This document shows positions 11,953-22,432 of a stretch of DNA of 64,000 nt, in pieces. The notes below the pieces were generated by a model. It saw nothing but the letters and a program-made list of their open reading frames with translations, searched no databases and was not told the origin of the DNA. A program made the position numbers and the translations under genes. Source of the DNA: an uncultured Methanosarcinales archaeon (GTDB lineage Archaea; Halobacteriota; Methanosarcinia; Methanotrichales; Methanotrichaceae); the NCBI GenBank assembly GCA_963843555.1, contig CAWJKV010000003.1:64001-128000 (forward strand), in the 5' to 3' direction. Position 1 is the stretch's first letter. Each line of letters opens with the position of its first letter.

Positions 11953-13029
11953 CTAATCAAGCGAACCACAAACCAGCTTTTCAATCAGTTCTGCGGTCTT
12001 GATGCTTGCGTCTCCAACGCCGAATGCATCATGACGCTCTTGGCCTGGCTCAAAATGTCTGGCCATCTGAACTATCTTCTCTCTGCTCGAGCCCACAAGC
12101 ACATTCCATCCGTCCGCCACTGTCTCTACCCATTCCGTCTCATCTCTGAGGGTGATGCAAGGGACCCCGAGCAGATAAGCCTCTTTCTGTACGCCCCCCG
12201 AATCGGTAAGAATCTTTTTAGCATTCTTCTCCAGATTGAGCATATCAAGATAGCCCACAGGCTTGATGACTCTGCTGCTCCTGTTCAGGTCATCCCAGAG
12301 CCCGAAATTTCTAAGATATTTCTCTGCACGTGGATGGCAGGGGAAGACTATATCCTCCAGCTCTCCCAACGCCTCTACAATTCCCCTGAGCTTATCAGGG
12401 TCGTCGGTGTTCGACGCTCTATGGATCGTTGCCAGATAGTACTTTTTGGGCTCTATGCCCAGATCCATCAGGATGCGCGATTTATTCTCGGCTACTTTTG
12501 CGCAATCTCTTTGCGCGTCCACCATGACATCTCCTGTCAGGTAAACATTCTTTTCAATGCCCTCTATCTTCAGGTTCTCCACGGCGGTCTTTGTCGGGCA
12601 GAGCAGCAGGTCAGAGCAATGGTCCACAAGCACTCGGTTTATCTCCTCGGGCATGCTTTTGTCATAGGATCTGAGGCCTGCTTCGACGTGAGCTACATTG
12701 ATATGCAGCTTCGCCGCCGCAAGCGCTCCGGCCAATGTGGAGTTGGTGTCGCCAAAGACCAAGACCACATCAGGCTTCTCCAACATTATGACCTCTTCCA
12801 CCTTCTTCAGCATCTCACCGGTCTGGTGGCCGTGGCTTCCCGACCCAATGCCCAGATGATAGTCGGGAGCCGGTATACCCAGGTCATCGAAGAAGATCTT
12901 ATCCATTTCATAATTATAGTGCTGACCGGTATGAATTATTACCTCATCGAACCGTCTTCGCATCTCTCTTGACACGGGAGCAAGCTTGACGAAATTCGGC
13001 CGGGCGCCAACGATAGATGCCACCTTCAT
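11953..13029 (-). CDS. wecB: UDP-N-acetylglucosamine 2-epimerase family protein, WbpI-like by context
   Basis: GARPNFVK, HTGQHY, GDTNSTLAGA, HVEAGLRS..MPEEINR, TDSGGVQKEA and TEW motifs. Confidence 0.9.
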   Translation of the reverse strand: MKVASIVGARPNFVKLAPVSREMRRRFDEVIIHTGQHYNYEMDKIFFDDLGIPAPDYHLGIGSGSHGHQTGEMLKKVEEVIMLEKPDVVLVFGDTNSTLAGALAAAKLHINVAHVEAGLRSYDKSMPEEINRVLVDHCSDLLLCPTKTAVENLKIEGIEKNVYLTGDVMVDAQRDCAKVAENKSRILMDLGIEPKKYYLATIHRASNTDDPDKLRGIVEALGELEDIVFPCHPRAEKYLRNFGLWDDLNRSSRVIKPVGYLDMLNLEKNAKKILTDSGGVQKEAYLLGVPCITLRDETEWVETVADGWNVLVGSSREKIVQMARHFEPGQERHDAFGVGDASIKTAELIEKLVCGSLD

Positions 13030-14237
13030 CGAAGCTCTCCATATCCTTCAGTTTGGCCTGATGCCTCAAACTTCAACTCAAAAGGATCAAAAACCAGATC
13101 TGCATCATCTGGATTGAGATACCTCTGGCCTTTGCCGCGAACCTCTTCTTCGGAGAGGATGGGATCGGCGACGTAGACGTCTAGGCCTTTATCTGCTAGC
13201 AGCTTGGCCAGAGCCAGGTTGCGGCTGTGATAGAACTCTTTTACTCCCGCCCGGAAGGTAATTCCCTTGATGCAGATCTTAACCCGAGAGAGTGGTTTGT
13301 CGAATTTCATACATTCCAGCAATATTTTCTCAGACCAGTACTGAATCATCTCATCATTGACAAGTCTAGAGGTATGCAGCAAACGACATTTATCGAAATG
13401 CTCGCGCATCTCCATCTCTTTTATGAGGAACCAGGGGTAGACGGGAATGCAGTGGCCGCCTACTCCAGTAGAGGGCAGATGAATGTTGCAGAACTGATGG
13501 TTGGCATACTCCCTGGCCTCAAAGAAGTCGATCTCCATCTCCTCGCAGATCTTGAAGAGCTCATTGGCCAGAGCGATGTTCACATCTCTATAGCACCCCT
13601 CCATCACCTTGATCATCTCGGCCGTTTTGGCCGATGAGACCAGATGGAGGTTGGGGATGAATTGTTTGTAGACCTGATAGGCTAAGAGACCGCTCTCTTC
13701 GTCTGTACCGCCTATCACTTTGGGGAATTGCCTGAGCCGTGAGATGCTGTATCCGGTCATTATCCTCTCCGGAGAATAGGCCAGGAAGAAGTCGCCCTGT
13801 TTTAGGCCGCTCGATTCGCATAGCCAGAGCCTCACTTTATCATCGGTCGTTCCTGGTGGAAAGGTGGTCTCCAGCACAACCAGATCTCCCTTCTTCAAGA
13901 TCTGGCCCAAGGACCGCAGGGCCTCTTCCATGATTGAGAAATCTGGGCTGAATCTCTGGTCCACAAAGAGAGGTACGATCACTATGAAGTTCTTACAGAG
14001 TCCGGCATCTATGAAGCGTGATGTGGCGACGAGCCTCTCTCCCCCGTATTGCCTTATCAGCTCTTCTAAACCCTCTTCCTGAGGGATGGGGTTGATCCCC
14101 CGATTTATGAGCTGGCAGCGCTCCTCGTTTATATCAATACCAATGACATTGATGCCGCTGTCGGCAATGACAGCCGCCAGGGGGAGCCCGGCATTGCCCA
14201 GGCCGATCACGGCGATTCTCGCTTTCTCCTCAGACAT
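13026..14237 (-). CDS. UDP-N-acetylhexosamine 6-dehydrogenase (WbpA/WecC family)
   Basis: VIGLG..GLPLA, YSPERI, YRDVNIALANE and GVGGHCIP motifs. Confidence 0.9.
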   Translation of the reverse strand: MSEEKARIAVIGLGNAGLPLAAVIADSGINVIGIDINEERCQLINRGINPIPQEEGLEELIRQYGGERLVATSRFIDAGLCKNFIVIVPLFVDQRFSPDFSIMEEALRSLGQILKKGDLVVLETTFPPGTTDDKVRLWLCESSGLKQGDFFLAYSPERIMTGYSISRLRQFPKVIGGTDEESGLLAYQVYKQFIPNLHLVSSAKTAEMIKVMEGCYRDVNIALANELFKICEEMEIDFFEAREYANHQFCNIHLPSTGVGGHCIPVYPWFLIKEMEMREHFDKCRLLHTSRLVNDEMIQYWSEKILLECMKFDKPLSRVKICIKGITFRAGVKEFYHSRNLALAKLLADKGLDVYVADPILSEEEVRGKGQRYLNPDDADLVFDPFELKFEASGQTEGYGELR

Positions 14238-14273
14238 CTCTATTATCCTTCCTCTCATGCAATTCGTGGGTCT

Positions 14274-14849
14274 TCATTTCGTGATCACGACATCTCTTTC
14301 GCAAGCCGGGCATTTATAAACCATCCTGTCGCTGCCTTCTTGCCAATCTGTCTTCAGACGCCTTCCGCAATAGCAGACCCAACCCTTTTGCCGGCCGGGA
14401 TTGCCCAGGATTAAAGCGTTGGGCGGAACATCTTCGGCCACCAGGCTCCCGGCGCCTATCATCGCATACTCCCCGACAGTTATGCCGCAGACCAGTGTGG
14501 CATTGGCACCGATGCTTGCTCCCTTGGAAATGAGCGTGGGAACAACGTGCTCCTCATCCCAAATAAATGCACGCGGATAGAGGTCGTTGGTGAAGGTGGC
14601 TGAAGGACCTACGAAGACGTCGTCCTCAATGGTGACGCCCTTGTAAACGGAGACGAAGTTCTGGATTTTCACATTGTTTCCGATCTCGGCCCCTATATCG
14701 ATATAAACGCTCTTGCCGATAATGCAGTTCTTGCCAATTTTCGAGCCCTGGCGCACGTGGGCAAAGTGCCAGATCTTTGTTCCCTCTCCTATAACCTCGC
14801 TCTCAACGATCGCCGTGGGATGGGCATAATAGCTTTGCTCGATTGTCAT
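14274..14849 (-). CDS. Hexapeptide N-acetyltransferase (WbpD-like) with a C-terminal Cys motif
   Basis: AHPTAIV, IWHFAHV, VKIQN.VSVY, FTND.YPR, GNP, and GWVCYCG...CPAC. Confidence 0.9.
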   Translation of the reverse strand: MTIEQSYYAHPTAIVESEVIGEGTKIWHFAHVRQGSKIGKNCIIGKSVYIDIGAEIGNNVKIQNFVSVYKGVTIEDDVFVGPSATFTNDLYPRAFIWDEEHVVPTLISKGASIGANATLVCGITVGEYAMIGAGSLVAEDVPPNALILGNPGRQKGWVCYCGRRLKTDWQEGSDRMVYKCPACERDVVITK

Positions 14850-14890
14850 CTTCGGTCCCTTCTCAATCCGGGGTCCTTCCCATTCTAAAT

Positions 14891-15811
14891 TCACGACCCC
14901 AACCGCAATCCCTGCTTAATCTTTTCGCAGATTTCAAGATTATTCAGGGCCTCTCTGGGTGTGACAGGGAAGCTCTTGCCGGATCTCGCGCAGTCTAAGA
15001 AAGTCTTCAGCTCAACCTTAAGAGGCTCCACCTTATTGACCAGAACCTTTTCGATGATGTTCTCTTGCAGGTATCGCTCATTTTCTACACCGTACTTCCC
15101 CGGCTTTCGGTAAATGTAGACCTCCTGGGTCATGAAGTCGCCCTCTGTCGTAAAGTCCTCGGCCTCGACATAAAAGGTCCGGAACTTTTTGGAGGAGAGC
15201 CGACTGGCGGAGATGGAGACGACAGAGTCGCGAAAGACCACCATGGCCTCGCAGACGTTGCGGCTACCGGCAGAGTAGATCTTATATTCATTTTCGCCCT
15301 TGAAGAGGACATTGAAGACGATGTCAATGTCGTGGATCATGAGATCCTCCACCACCGAGGCATCTGTGATGCGGCTTGAGGTGGGATTATGCCGTTTTAT
15401 GGATACGTAATCCGGCCGCTCGGCGATCTTCTTGATCTCCTCCACAATGGGGTTGAACCTCTCGATGTGGCCCACCCCCACAACTATGTCGGTAGCATCG
15501 ACAAGTTCCAGAAGCCTGGCTCCCTCCTCCACCGTCAAGGTGATAGGCTTCTCAATCAGGCAGTCTGTGCCGGAGCTGATGACCTTTTTGGCCGTATCAT
15601 AGTGAAACCTGGTGGGCACACAGATGCTGACTGCCTGGGCATGGTCCAAGAGCTCTTCCTGAGAGCTGCAGATCGTGGCAAACTCCTTCATGCGCTCTGC
15701 ATTTTCGGGAACCGGATCATAGACATACACCGTGTCCACTCCTTTCAGCTCTGAGTAGACGCGCACGTGATTACGGCCCATGACCCCGACGCCGATGACT
15801 CCTACGTCCAT
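14891..15811 (-). CDS. Gfo/Idh/MocA oxidoreductase (WbpB-like by context)
   Basis: GVGVMG, IEKP, GHIERFNP and DLMIHDID motifs. Confidence 0.85.
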   Translation of the reverse strand: MDVGVIGVGVMGRNHVRVYSELKGVDTVYVYDPVPENAERMKEFATICSSQEELLDHAQAVSICVPTRFHYDTAKKVISSGTDCLIEKPITLTVEEGARLLELVDATDIVVGVGHIERFNPIVEEIKKIAERPDYVSIKRHNPTSSRITDASVVEDLMIHDIDIVFNVLFKGENEYKIYSAGSRNVCEAMVVFRDSVVSISASRLSSKKFRTFYVEAEDFTTEGDFMTQEVYIYRKPGKYGVENERYLQENIIEKVLVNKVEPLKVELKTFLDCARSGKSFPVTPREALNNLEICEKIKQGLRLGS

Positions 15812-15813
15812 GC

Positions 15814-16917
15814 TCAGGCCTCGAAGCTATTCAGTGTCTCGGCGATATACATGAGATCCGACTGGCTGAGGGACGGATGCACAGGCAGGCTCATCACCCG
15901 GCGGGAGACGTCTTCGGATACAGGGCAACTTCCATTGCCATAGCCCAATTCCCGGTAGAGGGGCTGCTCGTAAACCGCTTTCGGATAATGGACGGCCGAT
16001 GCAATTCCTCTGGCTTGCAGGAACTCCATCAGCTTCTCTCTGGTAACAGGGAAGCTATCCTCCACGCGAAGGACATACTGATTGTAGGCGTGCCGCACAT
16101 TGCTCGCCTTGTAAGGAGTGGTTAAGCCTTTGATCTTGATATTTTGGTTGAGCTGTCCGGCATTACTGATCCTCTTGGCGATGAAACCCTCCAGCCGCTT
16201 GAGCTGCAAGAGACCAATGGCCCCCTGCAGGTTCATCATCCTGTAGTTATAGCCGAGAGCGACGTGGTTGTATTTTCCCGTGTCTCCGTGATTACGCATC
16301 AGGCGCAGACGCGCTGCCAGAGCATCATCATTGGTGGTGATCATGCCTCCCTCGCCTGTAGTCATGTTTTTAGTGGGATAGAAAGAGAAGCAACCTGTGC
16401 CGAAAGAGCCCACCTTCTTCCCATCGAACTCGGCACCATGAGCCTGGGCGCAGTCTTCTATGAGAGCAATATTATGATCCTCACAGATCTGTACTACCGC
16501 TTTGAGGTCGAAGGGCTGGCCGTAGAGGTGAACGCCGATAATGGCTCGCGTCCGGGGTGTTATCTTCTCTTGCAGGTCATCGGGATCGATATTGAAGGTC
16601 CTGGCATCCACATCTGCAAAGACGGGTTTCAAGCCCTGGTACAGGATGCTGTTGGCAGTTGCGATAAATGTGAACGCGGGCGAGATTACCTCGTCGCCAG
16701 GCCGGAGGCCCAATGCCTTCAGAGCAAGATCCAGGGCGACGGTGCCGTTGTTGACGGCGACGGAGTTTTGCACATCCAGGTACTTTGAGAACTCCTCTTC
16801 AAAACGCAAGACTTTCTCGCCCTGGGTGAGCATGCCACTCCTCAGCACCTCTCCCACGGCTTCGACTTCTTCTTCGCCTATGATGGGCTTGGCTATGGAA
16901 ATAAAATCTCTCATCAA
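15814..16917 (-). CDS. DegT/DnrJ/EryC1/StrS aminotransferase (WbpE-like)
   Basis: NGTVAL, TFIAT, VHLYGQ, EDCAQAHG and SFYPTKNMTTGEGG (PLP lysine). Confidence 0.92.
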   Translation of the reverse strand: MMRDFISIAKPIIGEEEVEAVGEVLRSGMLTQGEKVLRFEEEFSKYLDVQNSVAVNNGTVALDLALKALGLRPGDEVISPAFTFIATANSILYQGLKPVFADVDARTFNIDPDDLQEKITPRTRAIIGVHLYGQPFDLKAVVQICEDHNIALIEDCAQAHGAEFDGKKVGSFGTGCFSFYPTKNMTTGEGGMITTNDDALAARLRLMRNHGDTGKYNHVALGYNYRMMNLQGAIGLLQLKRLEGFIAKRISNAGQLNQNIKIKGLTTPYKASNVRHAYNQYVLRVEDSFPVTREKLMEFLQARGIASAVHYPKAVYEQPLYRELGYGNGSCPVSEDVSRRVMSLPVHPSLSQSDLMYIAETLNSFEA

Positions 16918-16984
16918 GATCTCCTTTCAACCTTGAATCTCTTCATTTCAATTCTATGCTCATCCTCTGCCTTGAAAAGGCTTG

Positions 16985-18226
16985 TTATGTCTGCGAACAA
17001 GAACGGAGTAGACTTGATTGGCTCAGCTCTTTCTCTCTGGAAGCAAGGCCCCTGATAATCGCGGCCGGCAGTCCCCAAAAGCCTGACTCGATGACCGTTC
17101 CCGGGTAGATGGTGGTATTGATGCCGGTCTGCACCTCGTCACCCATGATAACCCCCAATTTGCGCCGCATGCTATCCGTCTTCTGACCTTTGATGTACGA
17201 CTTTATGGTGCCTTTGTCGTGGCGCAGATTGGAGCAGACGGTTCCTGCACCGAAGTTGCATCTCTCGCCGATGACGCTATCGCCTACGTAGGAAAGGTGG
17301 CCGATCTTGGTGCCATTCATAATGGCGCTATTCTTGACCTCCACTGCGTTTCCCACTCGAACATTGTTGCCTATACACGTCGTGGCCCGGATGTAACAGT
17401 TGGGCCCGATATCGCAATCTTCTCCAATCAGAACCGGACCCGTGATATAGGCTCCAGACCGGACAACCGTTCCCCGGCCAATGGACACATTCCCCGATAG
17501 CGTTGCTCCGGGCTCAACCTCTCCAGCAATTTGAGGCGCAACTTCCGGGAGCAGACGCTCATTGGCGGACAGGATGTCCCAGGGCCGGCCGATCTCCAGC
17601 CAGCTCTTGAGCTCTATTATCCTGATCGACTCCCTGGCCGCGGCCCTGTTCAGTGCATCGGTCAGCTCGTACTCTCCTCGCTCCGATTTGGGAATAGCTC
17701 GCAGGTCGTCGAAGATTCTTCGCTCAAAGAGATAGATGCCGGCGTTGGCCAGATTGGAGGGAGGGTTATCGCTCTTCTCCACCACGGATTGAAAAATGCC
17801 CTTCTCCTGCACATAGACGCCGTATCTCTTCGGATCATCGACTTTGATGGCCGAGACCGACGTGCCTCCGGCGGCCATCACCTGCAGGGAGCCGGCATCA
17901 GGGAGGACGTCACCATTTAAAACCATGAATCGATCCTCTGCCTGGCTTTCCGCTGCCATCAGAGCATGGCCTGTGCCCAGGCGCTCCTCCTGGACGGCGT
18001 AGTCTACCTTCACGCCAAGGCGGCTTCCATCTCCAAAGTGGGATCGCACTGAGTCGGCCTCATATCCCACTACCAATACGAAGCTGTCCAGGCCCGCCTC
18101 CCGAGCCCTGAGGATTATATGCTCCAGAAGAGGTCTGCCGGCCACAGGCAGCATTACTTTAGGCATCTTCGCGGTCAAAGGCCGCATCCTGCTGCCTTCG
18201 CCTGCCGCCAGAACTATAGCTTGCAT
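16985..18226 (-). CDS. glmU: Archaeal bifunctional GlmU (second paralog)
   Basis: LAAGEGSRMRPLT..MPKVM, RGEYELTD, VEVKNS, HLSYVGDSVIG, NFGAGT and RRKLG motifs. Confidence 0.9.
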   Translation of the reverse strand: MQAIVLAAGEGSRMRPLTAKMPKVMLPVAGRPLLEHIILRAREAGLDSFVLVVGYEADSVRSHFGDGSRLGVKVDYAVQEERLGTGHALMAAESQAEDRFMVLNGDVLPDAGSLQVMAAGGTSVSAIKVDDPKRYGVYVQEKGIFQSVVEKSDNPPSNLANAGIYLFERRIFDDLRAIPKSERGEYELTDALNRAAARESIRIIELKSWLEIGRPWDILSANERLLPEVAPQIAGEVEPGATLSGNVSIGRGTVVRSGAYITGPVLIGEDCDIGPNCYIRATTCIGNNVRVGNAVEVKNSAIMNGTKIGHLSYVGDSVIGERCNFGAGTVCSNLRHDKGTIKSYIKGQKTDSMRRKLGVIMGDEVQTGINTTIYPGTVIESGFWGLPAAIIRGLASREKELSQSSLLRSCSQT

Positions 18227-18320
18227 TATATCTCCCGTCTGATTGAGGTGCATAAGAGCTTAAAAATGCTTTCGTAAAAAAACCGAAAAGGCTTTAGGGT
18301 TATTTGCCCCAACTACATGC

Positions 18321-18999
18321 ATGTTGGATGAGTTCAGCCGTTACTCTGCCTTGCAGCGCGATCAATTGCCCCTGGCGACGCTGCTGGTCTACCTGAAGCG
18401 CAAGGGAGGCTTTGTGCAGCTCAACCAGATCTGGAGGGAGCTGGGGCCCACCGGCGGCGGCCCTTTCTGGAACCAGACCACTCTTATCAATAAGCTCGAT
18501 AAGCTGGAGCGGATGGAGGTCGTTTCCATGGAACGGAGGATCCTTCCCTCGCCCCGCGCTGAGGCCAAGAAGAAGACCAACACCTTCTACCGGATCAATC
18601 CGTGCGACGCCGCTCTATCCCTACATCTTCGGCATGCTCAAGATCTACAAGGAGGAGCCGGACAGGTACTCATCTCAGCTGGTGGAAAAACCCCTCGATC
18701 ATCTGTGCGATCTGGCAGGAAAGTCCAGTGCAGGGAGCCATATGATCGGAAGAGAGCTGGAGGTGGCCAGGGAATTGATCAGCGAAGTCTTCTCCGTAGG
18801 AAACGACGAAGTGAAGAGGATGATCAAGGAAAGGATGGCCCGCAAAGGCATGATCAAGGATCGCGATCGCAGAAAGGACCTCTCGGAGATTATTCAAGAA
18901 GGACCAAAAAAAGAGCCCAAGACGGCGACCAGCAAGACCCGTAAGCCCTCCAGAAGGAGGCAGAAGATTGAACCCGTTCCCGAAGAAGAGGCGGAATAG
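18321..18999 (+). CDS. Hypothetical protein, possibly with an N-terminal winged helix; one frameshift
   Basis: Two overlapping ORFs (18321 and 18412 frames) join near 18610 into a plausible ~225-aa protein with a basic C-terminal tail. Confidence 0.5.
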
Positions 19000-19013
19000 C
19001 CAGCTATGTTTAG

Positions 19014-20749
19014 CTAGCTCCAGCCTCTCTTCTTCCGATAGAGCCGCAGCATCTCCTCCACGGTATCGGGCGTCACCATTCCCGAAGCGGAGATCGTCTC
19101 GTAGAACCTTTTTGGGATGCGGGCCAAGGCGAGGTCGAATCCCTCCTGCACTTTGAATTTATATTTCTCGTCGAAGATCCGCTTTCCCAGGTCCTCCAGA
19201 TCTTCATGGGTCTTGACGATGCCAACAGCACCTAAAGAGTCGATTATGTTCTCTTCGGTGTAGACGCCCCGGGCAAATAAGCAGCCCACCAGGCTGTTGA
19301 AGACGCCGCGAGAGTTGTCCTCTTTGATAAGTTCATCCACCATTTTTTCCGGGTCCATCGCCTTTTTGACCGCCTTCTGGTCGATGGCGTATCCGCCGTT
19401 ATCCAGATGAGAGTGGCGCACGCCTACCAGCTGGCCCACAATGGAGGCGGGACCCGTATGGTAGCCGGATACCTCATTCTTCCCCAGAGCCATGGCAAAA
19501 TCCTGGCCGCCATACTTTTCAGCCGCGTAGCCCACGCCCCGGGCCAGAGCCTGATAGAACTCATTGGGACCTTTGACGATATTCTCCAGGGCTTGAGTGT
19601 AACCAGCTACATTGTTCCACTGCATAGGCACATCCAGCGTCTCCCGGGCCGTGATGAGACCTTTTTCCAGGGCCTCGGTTGCCCAGGAGAGGACAACTCC
19701 TGCAGACATGACATCCAGTCCCATCCTCTCGCAGACGTCGATCAGCTGCAGTATCCCTTCAGCTGAGCCGACTCCCAGATTTGAGCCCAGGGAATAGATG
19801 GGCTCGTAGTCATAAGAGACCTTTCTCACCTCGAATTCGTGATGGGGGGAAAAGTCCGACTTCAGGGCGGCAATGTGCACGCAGCCGATGGGGCACCCGG
19901 CGCAGGATAGCCTTCGAAACAGGTATTTTTCCGCAAACATCTCTCCACTTATCTTCTCCCCCTCGGGGAAGCTGGAGAGCTGGAAGTTATTGGTAGGCAG
20001 CCCTTTGAGCCAGTTGAGGACGCTGATGTTCACAGATGTTCCGATATCGTGGTACTTTTGCATTACGTCCGTCTGGACTGCGGTCTTGTAGAGGCGGTTG
20101 TATACCTCCTTGTACCTCCGGGGATCGGGGACGTCAACGTGCTCTGTCCCTGAGATCACCAGGCCTTGAGCCGCTTCGATCCGAAGACGGCCCCGAAGCC
20201 TAAGCGCCCGAAGTGCCTGTAGGTGTCCACGACAACACCTGCGTAGCGAACCAGGTTCTCGCCGGCGGGCCCTATGCGAATAATGGACCTTCGGCCCACG
20301 CCTGTCTCGTGCTCGCGCAGGATCACTCCCGTGGTCTGGGCATCAATGCCCCATATCGATGTGGCGTCCTTGATTTCGACTTTATCATCGTTTATGGAGA
20401 TATAACTGGGTCGATCTGCCCGGCCGCGGATAACAATGGCCTCGTGACCTGCGAACCTCATGGCCAGAGATAGCCTTCCTCCGGCGTAGGATTCGCCCAG
20501 CTCGCCGTTGAGTGGCGATTTAAATGTCGCCACGGTCTTGGTGGCCACGGGAAAGATGCCATTGAGAGGACCAATGGAGAGGATTATAGGCGCCTCTGGC
20601 GAGAGCGGATCGGTGCCGGAAGGACACTCTTCCTGGAGCAGCTTGATCCCTGCGCCCGTGCCTCCCATCCAGTTCTCGAAGAGTTCTTGCCTCTCCTCGA
20701 CAAAGGATTCTCCTTTAGAAAGATCGATGTACAGAACTTTTCGCAGCAT
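19014..20749 (-). CDS. Tungsten/molybdopterin aldehyde:ferredoxin oxidoreductase family large subunit (possibly GOR-L type), one frameshift near 20160
   Basis: KSPL.GELGES..GG, IGPAGEN, GR.G.GAVFGSK.LKA, CAGCPIGC, DYEP, GLDVMS and SLVGCLF motifs. Confidence 0.9.
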
Positions 20750-20750
20750 T

Positions 20751-21264
20751 TCATCCTCCCGAGGCGGGGACCTCTTCCATCTCCAGAACGCCATGGGGAC
20801 AGAAGTCCACACAGGCTCCGCAGTGGATGCATTTGATGGGCAGTTTCTCTTTTCCCAGGGTTATGGCGCCCACCAGGCAGGCCTTTGCGCATTTTCCGCA
20901 GCCTTTACATAGATCCTTGTGGAAGACCACTCTGCCGTCCGGCTTCTTCTCAAGTGCACCCTCGGGGCAGGCTCTGGCACAGGGAGGCGTCCTCGCAGCC
21001 GCGGCAGACCACGACCCGGAAGTCGCCTTCGATCCCGCCCTGGGTTTGGACCTTGATGGCGCTATTTTGCAGGGATACGGTTCCGGTACGTATTCTGCTA
21101 CAGGCGAACATGCAACCCAGGCAGCCTATGCAGCGCTCGGGATGGGCGACCTTCAAACGGCGGCGCGTTCTGGGCCTGGCGGCCGGAGAGCCTGCGGTTT
21201 TTTGTTGATCAGGCTCTGGCCTTATCTCTGACGCACCGGACTCATCCGTCTGGATAACAGGCAT
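20751..21264 (-). CDS. Polyferredoxin-type 4Fe-4S small subunit, frameshifted
   Basis: CIGCLGCMFAC, CRGC, CKGCGKC and CIHCGACVDFCP across frames. AGGAGG lies upstream. The stop is adjacent to the AOR start. Confidence 0.85.
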
Positions 21265-21386
21265 CAATAGCATTCCTCCTGGGAAAAATTTGCGATATAA
21301 TGGCAGTAATTGGAATAAAATATTGTCGGGCAAAGTATAAAGCTGCTGCTCTTGTAACGGTTTCAATAAGCAGGGGACATTCTGGG

Positions 21387-22289
21387 CTATTTGCCCTTCA
21401 AATGGAATAAATAGACGAGATTTCTCTTCTCCTCCGGGAGAAGCGACTCTGCTGCCATTTCCACCTTCTTTTGATCCTGTCCGCCAGCGATTATTATCCC
21501 TTCGATTATGGCAAACCAGCCCTCTCTGATGCCAATCTCCTTGAGCCTCTTTCGATACTTCCTGGCCTGAACCCTGCCCATCTCCTCGCTGTACACGGGC
21601 AATAGCTCCGGCTTCTCTCTGAGCAGCTCCTCGATCTCCTGCCAGTGAAAGTCTCGGCTTTCCTGGGATCGCAAAAATGCCCTCAGCCTCTCTGAATCGC
21701 TGGGCGCCGCATCCTGGGGAGAGAAGGGCAGCGAGGTTATTATTCCATAGCTCGCTTTTGCCTGGCGAAAGCTGTCGTTGATGCTGCTCTTCATACCCGA
21801 GCCGAAGAATAGATTGTAGCAGCTGAATGAGCCGTCGAAGATGATCTTCTCCTTAAATGGGAGAAGGGTGGCCTGGACAATTCTGGGCAGATTGCCGATC
21901 AGCTCCCATTGCATGGCCAGCCCCTTCACACCGTAGGCCTTGGGCGGATGGCCTTCATCCATGAAGACCACATGGTCCTTTAGAAAGCGGACGATGTAGA
22001 ATCTGCCTTTGACGAAGTGCCGCCAGCTGGATATGATCTCCAGCTCTTCAGCAGAAAAACCCTCGGGATTCTCCCGGACAAATGAATCGATCTGATCAGG
22101 CTCAGAGTAGAGCTTCTCTTTGAGCTTCTCGATATCTTCCAGATCCTTCCCGAAGAGATCCCTGGGATGATTTAAGTTCTTCAGAATTTTGTGTTTTTTA
22201 TTTACATATATCAATAATGAGTGATACAGCCTTAGAAAGAGCTTTCTATCGGCATCTGGAAGGTTCATGGCAGATTCATGGAGCTGCAA
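21387..22289 (-). CDS. Conserved-looking hypothetical protein
   Basis: 300-aa ORF with normal composition, co-oriented with its neighbours. No function recognised. Confidence 0.65.
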   Translation of the reverse strand: MQLHESAMNLPDADRKLFLRLYHSLLIYVNKKHKILKNLNHPRDLFGKDLEDIEKLKEKLYSEPDQIDSFVRENPEGFSAEELEIISSWRHFVKGRFYIVRFLKDHVVFMDEGHPPKAYGVKGLAMQWELIGNLPRIVQATLLPFKEKIIFDGSFSCYNLFFGSGMKSSINDSFRQAKASYGIITSLPFSPQDAAPSDSERLRAFLRSQESRDFHWQEIEELLREKPELLPVYSEEMGRVQARKYRKRLKEIGIREGWFAIIEGIIIAGGQDQKKVEMAAESLLPEEKRNLVYLFHLKGK

Positions 22290-22432
22290 ATATTTGGCTT
22301 TATTCCCGGAAGGTCATGATGAGCAAATCCCTCCATCCCTTTCATCCGTCGCAGCCAGTGATCCAGGCCTCGCTGGCGTTGAGGGGGCCAGATACTCCTC
22401 CGCGCGCGGCGTCCCACCAAAGCAGATTGCAA

